Below, in pieces: positions 46,077 to 57,010 of a DNA stretch of 64,000 nt. Below the pieces are notes generated by a model. That model saw only the letters and a program-made list of their open reading frames with translations, ran no database searches and was not told where the DNA came from. How positions within the stretch are numbered: position 1 is the stretch's first letter; each line of letters begins with the position of its first letter. The stretch is from Corallochytrium limacisporum Hawaii. Taxonomy: Eukaryota; Protista; Pluriformea. The position numbers and the translations under genes were made by a program. The stretch is from contig PDIP01000059.1 of NCBI GenBank assembly GCA_002811645.1, positions 1-64,000 of the forward strand, written 5' to 3'.

Positions 46077-46521
46077 ATACGGGGAGGACTCTTTTTGAGT
46101 CCATTCCCAGAAGAGGCCGCAGACAATGAGAAATTGAGTGTAACAATTATAGATCCCATAAGTTTTTGACATGATGCATGCATGAACCGTCAAGTTTATC
46201 TGTAGGAACTAAGCTCGCTGTTGCGTACAATTTTGAAGTGAGAACATGCGCCATAGAACAATGTACAATTTATGGTGCCTCTCTATATATTAAGGCGTTT
46301 GTATTGGTTTCGAAAACACATGATATCTGTGCAGTCTGACAATCCCTGCCCATGGTTTCATTTGCAGAGCATTTGTGTATGTTATGTGCGAGTGTGCTCG
46401 CGAGAGACAGTGTGTGTGCGTGTGTGAATGTGTTTGGTGCGTTGAATTCACATAGTAGCTATATCTGGAGCACTAGACTTGACCGAATTTCATAATCTGC
46501 GAATGCCATGGCATGTTCTTT

Positions 46522-47256
46522 TTAAGCTGCCTGAGGATTGTTGGCAAGCCACTCCTTGTAGTACTTCTTGACACGCATGAAGGTGTACGCACCCAAGGCC
46601 ACTCCAACGACGCCAAACACAATAAAGAAGATACCGAAGCCCAGGAGACTGTCCCGACCGTTATCACAGAAATTCTGAGAGTAGTCACAGTCTGAACTAC
46701 CAAATCCAAGGTTTTCACAGTCATCGCATCCGCCGTCAGACTCATCCCAAATAATCAACAACACAATACCCCAAATAATGGCAGAAACTCCAATACCCGT
46801 AGTGATACCAGCCCGGCTAGCGGGAGCTGCGGCGCAGCAGATGAGGAAGATGGCGCAGAGGGGGCTAATAAAGGTACTGATCAGGCAGGTGGCGCAGGCG
46901 TAATTACCATAGGCCCTGTTGGCGACGCGGGCGTCCATGGCCGTGGTGTCCATTGTGTAGACAGCGGGCACAAACCCGTAAACTTGGGGATGCGCACCGG
47001 GAGGGGCACCATACGGCTGTGGTTGCGCAGGATACGTACCGGGAGGCGGATATTGGCCTTGAGGAGGTGGATATTGGCCTTGAGGAGGTGGATACTGGCC
47101 AGGGGGCGGGTAAGCACCAGGCGGGTACGCGCCACCCTGCGGCGGTGGGTACTGACTAGGTGGAGGTGCGCCATACTGACCGGCAGGCGGGTAACCACCG
47201 TTGCTGTCGTATGGTGGAGGAGCTGACCCGTTTGCGTACTGTTGCTTTTCACTCAT
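46522..47256 (-). CDS. NDFIP/Bsd2-like Nedd4-family adaptor membrane protein with PPPY motif
   Basis: N-terminal APPPY and YPPP(Q)G repeats (21-bp unit at 47048-47100), then three hydrophobic segments. ASRAGITTGIGVSAIIW and GAYTFMRVKK resemble NDFIP motifs. Confidence 0.65.
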   Translation of the reverse strand: MSEKQQYANGSAPPPYDSNGGYPPAGQYGAPPPSQYPPPQGGAYPPGAYPPPGQYPPPQGQYPPPQGQYPPPGTYPAQPQPYGAPPGAHPQVYGFVPAVYTMDTTAMDARVANRAYGNYACATCLISTFISPLCAIFLICCAAAPASRAGITTGIGVSAIIWGIVLLIIWDESDGGCDDCENLGFGSSDCDYSQNFCDNGRDSLLGFGIFFIVFGVVGVALGAYTFMRVKKYYKEWLANNPQAA

Positions 47257-47621
47257 TTTTGGTTCTTGTTTGCTCTTATGACTTTTTGTTTCGGATTGCC
47301 TGATTGTAAATCGTTCTTTCTTTTGGTGGCCGTAAAGTCAAGCACATTTAACTGGAACAGCTGCTTTCATCTATGCAACACCCTGCGTGAAATACCATAC
47401 TTTGTTGGTTAAACCACTCATAGTGTACGCCAAGACAAAAACTGCCGGTTCGTTCTCTTTCACAGACAGCAGCAAGCCACCACCGCGAGCCACGCCACCA
47501 GCACTACCTCCCCCGACACACCGGGCTGGGCCCTTAGCGAAACGGGGATCGAGAGTTTGGGAAGAGAAGCAGGGTGGCCCCCCCGGGGGGGGGGCCTAAG
47601 GAGCAAGGGAGAAGGGGAGGA

Positions 47622-47652
<31 letters not shown>

Positions 47653-50600
47653 GAGGGGAGGGGAGGGAGAGATAGAGAGAACTCCAAATGGCCCCGCCGC
47701 TGTTAGGGTAATGTACCAATTCGTTCTCTTTCTGTTTCTCACTTTGGGGAATTCTCTCCTTGGAAGACCGTTCGTCCAATTTTGTTTTCTTATTTTTCCT
47801 TTTCGAAGGTCACTCGCTGGTCTTCGGAGCTCTTCCTTCGTTCATTCTTTTCTTTTCTTCCCCCCCCCCTCTCTCCCTTGTCTTTCTGTCTTTTTAACCC
47901 ACCACCTCTCTCTGGTGTTTTCATTTCCCGTTCTTTGCGTTGCCGGCTCTGTCCGGGACGTGTTCCTGCCCATGCATGCAGCAAACGGCACCGCCGCCCC
48001 CAAATGAAAATTAGACCAAGTGTGCAATGAAAACGACAGTGCGGTTGATAAAAAAAGTTTTTCATGGGCTCTTGCTGGACCCAGGTATGCTGAATCATGC
48101 AGCCCTTAAATGGCGAAGACGTCTGAAGAATGGTCGACCCTTGCTGTTGTCCGTCCCGTCTACACCCCCCCGCTCACGTTCTCCATTTGTCGGGTGACAC
48201 CCCAGCGGCCCACAGTTTACAAGCGAACGGTGGTTGTTACCCAGAGTAAGGGGGAAAGATAATTACCACGTCCGTGTCCGTGATCAACCAGCTCTGTTTC
48301 AACCCCGCCTTCTTGTTTGCCGCAGGGACACACTTGGACAAGACCACCAACCCACCCGGCGGGAACAGAGGAAGAACAAATCAGACTGATAGCGAAGGAG
48401 CAGTGTGCCAAAAAAGCAAGGGAAGCCCCGTTTGGCAACAAAAGAAAAAGCAATAGAGAATGAAAGGAGGCGGAAAAAAAGAATCGGTCTTCACCACAAC
48501 CCCCCTCCGATACGGGCACGAAAAGATGGTGGTGGTGAGGCGCAGTGGTAGTGTGTCCGTCGCAACCCAATAGATCCTAAGTGGTGCCAACTGTGCAAGC
48601 GGATGTGAGACATGTCTGGGTTCTACATTCAAACCAATTCAGCCCAGGAAAAGCCGCACAACCCTGAATGAGGTAGCATGGTTGCAAATTACCCCAACAC
48701 AGAGAGCCAAGAAAGTAAAGCCCACGGTAGAAAATTGCCAGGCTCATTGCCCGCCGCTGGAGCAATGACATAACGTGGTGCCATTTGTCTTCCTTAACGG
48801 TTCCATCTCGCGTGCTCAGCTCATACTTCTAACAAGCACTTCGCGCAGTGCTCCGGTAAAAAGGGTTCTGACGGATGGGTGCATTTAGGGACAAGAGACG
48901 GGCGCGCTGATACAGACGAATCACGGAGTGTTCATAGTCCGGTCAGTGTCACGGATAATCTTTTTTTTCTTCATTTTGTGTCGTCCGTCACGCTTCCACA
49001 TTCTTGACCGACAGGTGGCGCCTTACCGCCGGGGGGAGCCCCCGGGGGGGGGGGGGGAGAGGAAGAGAGAGAGAGAGAGAGAGGTGGAGAGAGAGTTGCG
49101 GGGTGGTAGATGTCAAGGGGCCCCGGGTGTACTTGCATCTCTCTCCAATGAGAAGGGACTGCAAGATGGGATCTATTAATTTTTACCGGGTACCAAGTCT
49201 GCTGCTGCAACAGCCGCCGGTGCTGCATCGGTGACGGGTGCGCTGGACAGAGAAGGGGCAAGAGTGGAAGAGTCTGAACGGATGATAGTCAACAGGCTAT
49301 GAGAAATTCAATACATTTAGTATTTTGAAACGCTCTGATACACCAAAGGACACGTGTAAAGGACTTCGACTCTGGTAAATCGGTTGGCCATGAGCCATGC
49401 TCTTCCTTTTGCAGCACCGCTCGTCCCAATATGGTTTGCCTTAGGCAATCTCCATACCCTCAGCATAGCTTATATATGAGACAGATAACCGAGAGTGGAG
49501 AACCGTCGAAATTTTTTCTCCTGTGTATCCTTTTCCTTCCGATCAATCCGGGACGGCGGTGGTCGAAGCAAAGCGCCTGGGTGGGGGGAAGGGGTTGGTT
49601 TTTGATGGTGAAGAAGGACCTACCACTGTCAACACTGCAGTGGACGACGAGGAGAGAGGAACGGAGTTGGAGAGGGGGGAGGGGGGGCGGGGGCGTGTGT
49701 TTTGGTTTGCGGCAGGCAAATCTTAAGAAAGCCATGGCTCCCCACCCGTGGGCACAGACCATATGCGAATGAAATGGCGGGCGGACGATATCCTTGAACG
49801 GAAAGACATGTCTGTGCCCGGGTCCCCGTTTTCTGCAGAACACCCAACCATGGAGCACTCATTTATTGTGGCTGTTTTCATATCTGACCTGGAGACTATC
49901 GTATGCGAGTTGCTGGGACTCGCTGAACTCCCTCAGCCTGTCTGTTGATTCTGTACCGTGTACAGATTGTAGATGTGGCGAACATCATCGTGATGTTCAA
50001 ACATCAAGCAGTTGGAGCCGACGGTAAAATGTAATGCAAATGAACCATTGGTAGGATGAGCTGCTGCCCTGCCTCGCACGATCGAACGAAGACCGAAATC
50101 ATCATCATCTACTACCAACCGCAACTGAGAGTTTCGAAATTTAAAAAAGCAAACGAAGACAACTGGCGGAAACCAATGGAGAAGGGGGTCCATGCGTGTC
50201 CTCGCCACCCTTTCATAGTGGGCACGGGTATGGTCTCGGTGACCAACAATCAATGATCCTCCACCACCTACACACACGGCACAAACACTATCAAATTCTC
50301 CTCGTTGATGGGACGCAGGGCCTTTGCATTCAGTACCGAAATTGACACCGATGAAATCACTTGCATATCGATTCATTCAATTCCGCTTGCTTGGGGACTC
50401 CATTTCCCGACGAAACAATGAATCCAGCAAATTTATATTACAAATATACTGGGTTTTTTTGAATCGTTGTGTGATCTGGGAAGCGGGCAAAATGGCAAAT
50501 GAGTCAATTTTTTCTTCCTCTCCTCCGGCATACAAAAGTACAATATGGCCACATAGGCTCGGGTTTTGAAATCCTGGTGCCCAGTACTTTACTACGCCGT

Positions 50601-50849
50601 AGGAAGAGGGAGGAGGGAGGCGCTGGTTGCTGCTACAGTCGTTACCTAATGAACAAGGGGCATACTTCCTCAGATCCTCTTTTCGTGCTCTTCGGTGGGT
50701 CTGAAGGGGGGGGGGTTAGGCGGGAGCGGCAATGGCTCCCTGAAGGATACTCTGGAGTCCGGAACTGATCATCGTTCTGACTCAATAAATCTCAGTTGTT
50801 CATGGTTCTAGATATCAATTCTTTAGTCGTCCTGGCCAGTGGGTGCTGT

Positions 50850-52154
50850 TTACGACGCCGATAAATCTTCCTCGACACCTCCTGGTGATGATGGAGACAC
50901 AGTGATGAAGTGGTGCTGCAGGCACTCTTCAGCATCAGGGCGACGATGCATATTAACGGTAAGAAGATTCTTCAGCAAGTCGATGCTGCACTCCATGTCA
51001 GTTGTGCCCCAATTTAAATCCGGATTCGTTCCTGAGACTACATGGTGGAGATCCCGTGGCTCATCTGCGTACCCAGTTGTCACTAATTCCTTGCCTAGAA
51101 TCTTTGCGAAATCACGCATGGGTCTCGCACCGAAGACCTCAATGTTCTCGGCTACAGCATTTGCATCATCAGCGCAGATAAAGAAGGGATAGATACCAGT
51201 AAGCAGGCTGAGGAAAGTAATGCCGGCAGCCCACATATCGACACCAGCGCCTTGTTGCGAACTGCGCAGAAGGATCTCCGGAGCGCGGAACCCACGTGTG
51301 CCTTGCCGCTCGACATGATCCTTTGGACGGCGGTCATTGGCGTAGAAGAAATTCTCGCCCAATGTGGTGATGCTGGTTATATCATGACGGTTACTTCCCT
51401 GGCGCTCCCGAAAGGCCCGCTGTTGTGTTGGTGCGATTCTGTTGGCCTTCTTCTGTGCCTTTGCCTCGGCATCTTTCATTGTTTGGGCCAATCCAAAGTC
51501 TACGAGCATGCCCTGACAGGATCTGCGGTGAAACAAGAAGTTGGCAGGCTTTACATCGCGATGTATAATGCCCTCAGCATGCACACCCTGTAGTGCAGTG
51601 AGCAAGCAGGTCATGTAGGCCTTGGCTTCTCTTACTGTGACCTTACCTAAATAGGTTTGCAAGTCCTCATGTTCGAAATAGTCAATGATAAGAAAGAATG
51701 AATGATGGCATTTTAGCGTTTCCAGCAAGCGACAGACGTTCTTTTTGCCCTTCACTTGTTTTAATGCCTTGACTTCGTTGACAATGCGCTTTGGAATGAC
51801 AGTTTGGTACAAGCGCTTCACGGCGACTAGATGTCCGGTTGAGCGTCTTGTCGCGAGATAGACTGTGCTGTAGGTGCCTTCTCCCAGACGATCGGTGATC
51901 CTGAAAGACCGCTCCACCTGCGGTGCCTCTGCCAGTAGCTCTTGTATGGCAGGATGCTTGGACTTGGCTTCTAACAGCTCTTCTAGATTCGTCCCCGTTG
52001 AGACCGGCACTGTGGTGGATACGGATTTCGTGGTAGATGTAGCCTTTCCAGAGTTCAGCCGGTCCAACTGTCGAAAGGTTCTTGTTCGTGGTGCTGGTGC
52101 TCCAAATTTTGGCTTGCGTATGATTCGCAAAGCATCCCGCTTTTGTGAGACCAT
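50850..52154 (-). CDS. CDC7: CDC7 (DDK catalytic subunit) Ser/Thr kinase
   Basis: GEGTYSTV, VAVK, HRDVKPANFL, LVDFGLAQ followed by a kinase insert, then GTRGFRAPE and DMWAAG. Confidence 0.9.
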   Translation of the reverse strand: MVSQKRDALRIIRKPKFGAPAPRTRTFRQLDRLNSGKATSTTKSVSTTVPVSTGTNLEELLEAKSKHPAIQELLAEAPQVERSFRITDRLGEGTYSTVYLATRRSTGHLVAVKRLYQTVIPKRIVNEVKALKQVKGKKNVCRLLETLKCHHSFFLIIDYFEHEDLQTYLGKVTVREAKAYMTCLLTALQGVHAEGIIHRDVKPANFLFHRRSCQGMLVDFGLAQTMKDAEAKAQKKANRIAPTQQRAFRERQGSNRHDITSITTLGENFFYANDRRPKDHVERQGTRGFRAPEILLRSSQQGAGVDMWAAGITFLSLLTGIYPFFICADDANAVAENIEVFGARPMRDFAKILGKELVTTGYADEPRDLHHVVSGTNPDLNWGTTDMECSIDLLKNLLTVNMHRRPDAEECLQHHFITVSPSSPGGVEEDLSAS

Positions 52155-52418
52155 AATGTCCGCGTGGAATCTACGTAAATTATGCTATGAAATCCTACAT
52201 TGCGGTCATGAGTCTTATTAACCTTGTGCGCTACCACCAAAAGGTTTCTCTATGACGCGTATGTATGTCTCGCTCCCTCTCTTCTTTTCTCGCGCAATCT
52301 GAATCACAGACACAGCCACGCTACATGCTACAGTGATGTACCTTGCCTGCACGCCAACGTCCTTGTCGACGCCATCGATTGGCTGTGACCAGCTCGTATG
52401 GAGACTCCGAGAGGATCG

Positions 52419-52428
52419 GGCGCGAAAA
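52419..52428 (-). promoter_or_regulatory. E2F-type site TTTTCGCGCC upstream of CDC7
   Basis: Plus strand reads GGCGCGAAAA. ACGCGT at 52255 and TTTTCTCGCGC at 52285 are nearby. Confidence 0.5.
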
Positions 52429-52607
52429 CGGTGGTAGGGCAGCTTGGGTGGCCAATTTTGTTACCTGATTCACCGCCCCCTACCCACTCCAGTACTGTAT
52501 CCGTAGCACACATGTTGCGCGGTATGAATCCAAATCCTATATACTAACGGTATAACACTGTACCTGTTGGGGAGGGAAATATGTAGCTCGAATCAGTAAC
52601 TTCGGTG

Positions 52608-52675
52608 ACCCCCTCCGGTGCGGTTCGGCGACTGCCGAGACACCCCCTCCGGTGCGGTTCGGCGACTGCCGAGAC
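52608..52675. repeat. Perfect 34-bp tandem duplication containing a TCGGC-gact-GCCGA hairpin
   Basis: accccctccggtgcggttcggcgactgccgagac occurs at 52608 and 52642. Confidence 0.95.
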
Positions 52676-53051
52676 ACCCCCCCGGGGGGGAGCGGTGTAG
52701 CTGTCACTTGTCTCCCTGCGGGCACCGAGCGCGGACACATTACTGCAAGGATGGGCAAGAGCAAGGGCAGCAAGAAGTAGCCTGCAGAACGTAGGAACTG
52801 GGTCATTCCACAATTCCACACACTGGACATATTGCAGTAGCATTAACAATAAATGCAACCGGCAGACTAGTGTTTTGGGGCTTATATTTGTATTGAGTGT
52901 TAAATTGGTTGTGTTGAACCGTTCTTGATGATTGAAACTATGTTTCAGATATTCTTGCTTTAAGGTGTTGAACGGGGATTATGAACAAAGTGTAAAACAG
53001 GGACGGTGGGTTATTTTGAAGTTGCTATGAAAGGTTCAAAGCAAATGGCGT

Positions 53052-54203
53052 TCAGATTTGACTGCTCTGACTGCCAAAGATATCCCGCTTCAGACCGGAC
53101 AGGGATTGCTGGCTCTGTTGGCTCGCAAGAAAATCAAAGTCTTCAAGAGCCTTACGGGTGTTCTGGGACAGTGGCGGAAGACACTGGGAGTTGCTCGCTC
53201 CGCAGGCAGTCTGTTGGGACTGTGACGGCTGTGACTCAGACGGATGAAGTCCATTCTGCTTGCCGGCCACAGCCAGCCAATTGTTGGTTTGACCGTGATC
53301 GGCATGCTCACCAGGGCCACCTCCTGGCAATTCCATAGCCGTTTCAGACTCCACTGTGTTGTTCAGGATGTTCTCATTATCCTCATCATCCCGCTGTTTG
53401 ATGGGTTCCGCCGGCTCGTCCTCCTCCATGTCGCCAAATTGGTTGTCATCCTCTTCACCGGCACTCGCATCATCGTTGGGATGATTCCCCGCAGCAATCA
53501 CAGCTCCCTTTCCCGTATACAAATGTGCTGTAGTAGGCTCCTGATTCCGGCTCCGAAGTGCCGCATTCTCGGCCTGTAGCGTACCGATTTGATGGTTGGC
53601 CTGCCGCAGTTCAGCCTCAACGATTTCCAGGCGCGCCTTGATGGCCTCATTTTCTTCTTTTAGCTCCTTTAGAAGGTTTTGCCGCCGGACTCGGCTTTGT
53701 GCTACATGCTTCCGGTTTCTAAGATTATTCCGAACTTCCTGCAGTGCATCGCGTAGCACGGTTGCGTCGGTCCTGCGGTACTCTTTTGTCTGGGAAAGAA
53801 GCTTCAAGCAATCACCAAAATCTCCATCCTCCAGTTCCTCTTTCGAAAACGGAATGTGTCTTGCCCTGGCATCCAGCTCTGCTTTGATCTTGTCTGCAAA
53901 GGGTTTTATATCCTTCGCATGCTTTGCTCTTGCTTTCGGGGTCATGTTTCCCCTGGGACTCTGTTTTGCTGACGACGTCGACGATGAAGTGGACAACTTG
54001 CGAGGTGTCTGACCTGATGTGCCCTTACTCGGTGCCTTCTTTGGGGTTACATACTGTCCATTTGCTTGAATACGGCGTAGTACACGTCCACTAGGCTGAA
54101 TTTCGTTTGCCATCATGTCCTCTGCTGAATCTACAGTGGGTGTTTCAGATTCTTCTGCTCTTTGCTTGCCTTTCTCTTTACGTCGCAAACTCTTCCTGAC
54201 CAT
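53052..54203 (-). CDS. bZIP transcription factor with CNC/Maf-like pre-basic region
   Basis: RNRKHVAQSRVRR basic region (N-x7-R), long leucine heptads, and upstream ARARHIPFSKEEL. Confidence 0.8.
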   Translation of the reverse strand: MVRKSLRRKEKGKQRAEESETPTVDSAEDMMANEIQPSGRVLRRIQANGQYVTPKKAPSKGTSGQTPRKLSTSSSTSSAKQSPRGNMTPKARAKHAKDIKPFADKIKAELDARARHIPFSKEELEDGDFGDCLKLLSQTKEYRRTDATVLRDALQEVRNNLRNRKHVAQSRVRRQNLLKELKEENEAIKARLEIVEAELRQANHQIGTLQAENAALRSRNQEPTTAHLYTGKGAVIAAGNHPNDDASAGEEDDNQFGDMEEDEPAEPIKQRDDEDNENILNNTVESETAMELPGGGPGEHADHGQTNNWLAVAGKQNGLHPSESQPSQSQQTACGASNSQCLPPLSQNTRKALEDFDFLASQQSQQSLSGLKRDIFGSQSSQI

Positions 54204-54744
54204 CTGGTAATCTTCTCTCGATGGCCACTCTGCTTTTTGATCCAGAAATGACTACTTTTCTGAATTGACTTGTTTCTGATTTATACCCGGCGTCTTGCCC
54301 CGACGAACATATTCCATGCTGTTGAGAGTTTACGTTGCATAAAATGGCTTAGGACCTGAAGTACCAGTCGTCGTCTGGAGCAAGGTTGGCAGTGCTTGTT
54401 ACAAAACCAAAGCCACCGAGTTGGTCACAGTTTTCCCGTGTGCGTGGTGAGTTCGATGACGATGATGCCTCTGCTGCGTCCTAACCCGCACCACGTATAA
54501 GACCATAACGTAATAGGTCAAGAGAGACCTGACAGCTGCCTCAGATCGCTCAAGGCACTTGCCACACCAGCAGCAACGGGGGCCACCTCCCTGCGGGTTA
54601 GCTCCCTCCTGGCCGGCTCCTTACTCCCGCCGAAAAATGAATTGCTGTCTCTGGGTTTTCTAACACTGACCCATCTAGTGCAAAGTATGAAACCGTTCCC
54701 GAATAATTTCATATATTTGATATATAAAATGACGTACTTTCTGC

Positions 54745-54930
54745 GAGTCCCACCTCTCCCTAGGGCATTGCCAAGAGCCTCAGGAGACGGGAAAGAATGT
54801 CCTGAGACTCCTGCCTGGCCACTCCTGCGCGCTACCGGCAGGTCCTCGGATAATTCTTAGCTCAGGGTGCCCGGTGACTGGGGGCACCTCAGTACTTTCA
54901 CTACCGAAGTGCCCTACTGGAACGGGATTC
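54745..54930 (+). ncRNA. Putative structured ncRNA of unknown class
   Basis: Two nested closing helices enclose three hairpins; TATATAAAA lies about 24 nt upstream. Confidence 0.3.
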
Positions 54931-55297
54931 TTCTATAATGAATGTACTGGAGGGGAGAAGGGGTAAGCGAGAATGATTCCTTCGCTCCCCGGTTGGGTAA
55001 GAGGGGAGGCGGTCGTAGGAAAATTGGCCCAGGCTACTGGTCAGCCCATCCAGACCACTGATTTCGTGATTTTGAGGGGTTAGGAATGCAGACTTACAGT
55101 GTGAGGGCAATCGTAAATCATTTTGATACTTTATGCACTCAAAGTATTGAAATATACATGCTGAATCAGAAGAGTCAAGACCCATCTGGGTCGATCGCTT
55201 CTACGCAGCTTCGCCTCTGGTATGCGTTTGGATGTTTGAGATATGTAATATAATAATGTACACGATGGCAACCATGCTCAAAGACCTTACTTCAAGC

Positions 55298-55777
55298 TCA
55301 CGTGGACTCCGGACAGTTCCCTAGCTGTTCCCACAGTTTGCGCAGATCCGTTGCCTCCTTCGCCATGTCAGCAAAACTGCGGTTCTGGCGCGTGTCTTTA
55401 TCATGTCTGTCCAGCTCCTCATAGACTTCATCATTGCGTTTGAAATCTCCTTCTTTCCGTGGCAGTACATGGATGTGGACATGAGGCACCGTTTGTCCTG
55501 CAATCGGCCCGTCCTGGATGGCTATTGTTGTTCCCGTGGCATCGTATGCAGCTTCTAAAAGCTTGCTCACTTGCTGGGCCGCCAACATAAGATCCATAGC
55601 TTCATTTCCTTCTAGATCCTTGACCCTTTCGACCACTCGGTTGGTTGCTACCAGAGCATGTCCCGGAACTACAGGTTTGATATTGACAAAACAGAAGACA
55701 TTCTTACCATTGTGAAAGATGTGATCGAGAGGTATTTTATGGGGCCCGAACATACGGCCGACGCTGCTTGCCGCCAT
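55298..55777 (-). CDS. FHIT: Fragile histidine triad diadenosine triphosphate hydrolase
   Basis: FVNIKPVVPGH, QDGPIAGQTVPHVHIHVLPR (HIT motif), NDEVYEEL and RSFADMAKEA. First ATG is 55777. Confidence 0.94.
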   Translation of the reverse strand: MAASSVGRMFGPHKIPLDHIFHNGKNVFCFVNIKPVVPGHALVATNRVVERVKDLEGNEAMDLMLAAQQVSKLLEAAYDATGTTIAIQDGPIAGQTVPHVHIHVLPRKEGDFKRNDEVYEELDRHDKDTRQNRSFADMAKEATDLRKLWEQLGNCPEST

Positions 55778-57010
55778 GTTTTCCTGTTCGCACACTCAGA
55801 GTTCTAGGCGAGGGCCAATCGGCCAGTCCAGCGTACGACTTATACCTGGACTCCGTGCCCCAAATGGCCCTCGAATGCTCATTCACAGCTTGTTTTTGTC
55901 ATACGAAATCAACCCCGAGGGCATTCGAAAACCCCAGGCCCGGCCACGAAAAGCCCCGAAAGACTGATAACCTCGTTTACCTGCAGAGCACCAAACCAGT
56001 TCGCATCCCTCAGTTCATGGTTTCCTGTCATTCAAGGGATCTCTACGTGGTACATGTGAGACAGCAGGTGCGGCCAATCTATACACGCGTACGTTTGAAA
56101 CGCAATAGTGAGCAGGATGGATCGTCTGTTTCGCTTGAGGAATTCACTACGCATTGTGCAGAATACTGGGCCGTTGCAAATCACCCGGCGGACCTTAGGT
56201 GGGTTCTCAGGGATTTTTTCCTCTTCCATTTTTTCCACCGTGGGTCATAGGCCGGTACTGGAGCGCCTTGGAAACGGATGGCTTGTCTTCCGGCCCTCTC
56301 TCTATGTCTCATCACTGTTGGAAGAGAAGGGTGTGCGGACCATGGGTCAGTTTGGAAGGGGGGGGGTTGGGGGGGACGGTTGAGCTTGCGCTTGGGGGGT
56401 TTTACCAGGGAAAACCTGAAGGGTGAAGGCGGGGGACGGGAGGCGGGCTCCGGATGTCCTCCCTTTGGTGACAGCAGTCGGGAAGAGGAGGACCGTGCGC
56501 AGGTGAACATCCTTTGGAACAATGGGCACGGCCATGCGCACGATGCCCAATTCAGTGATCAGTTGTCGCTAGAAACCCCCAAGGCATGGTCTCGTCATCC
56601 GAAAACATATATGGCGTAGAAATAACACATGAATGGCTATTGCTTCACAACGTAAGCCTTAGCTTTTTCCAGGGGAAAGGGGAACGAGTTTATCGCGGAT
56701 CTCCGCCAGTGGACATTGCAGTTGGTGGCAGGTGAACGCAAAGAATTTGTGCACTTGGCTGTAGATATCATGACTTCATACCATATTTACTGAGCTTGGG
56801 CTATTTGATGATACTCACTGGTTGCATCTCTCATCCGACCATTTTTTCATAGCCTCACGAATCATAGGAATATGCCCAAGACACAGTACTTAATCCAAAG
56901 AAGTTCAACCAAAAACACACCCTACACCACGTCACCGATGGCACAAATGTACGATTTTACATAAGGAAGTCCAAATTGCCATATCTACACGGAATGCATG
57001 GTCCTTGGTC

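Noticed and set aside
52608-52675. CRISPR-like repeat with internal hairpin
   Set aside because: Only two directly abutting copies, no spacers, no cas genes, and a eukaryotic context.
54731-54936. U3 snoRNA (GACGTACTT) or RNase P/MRP (GGGAAAG..TCCTGAG) identity for the structured element
   Set aside because: Box A GGAUCA, boxes B/C/D and the CR-V/P4 partner are not present in the proper arrangement.
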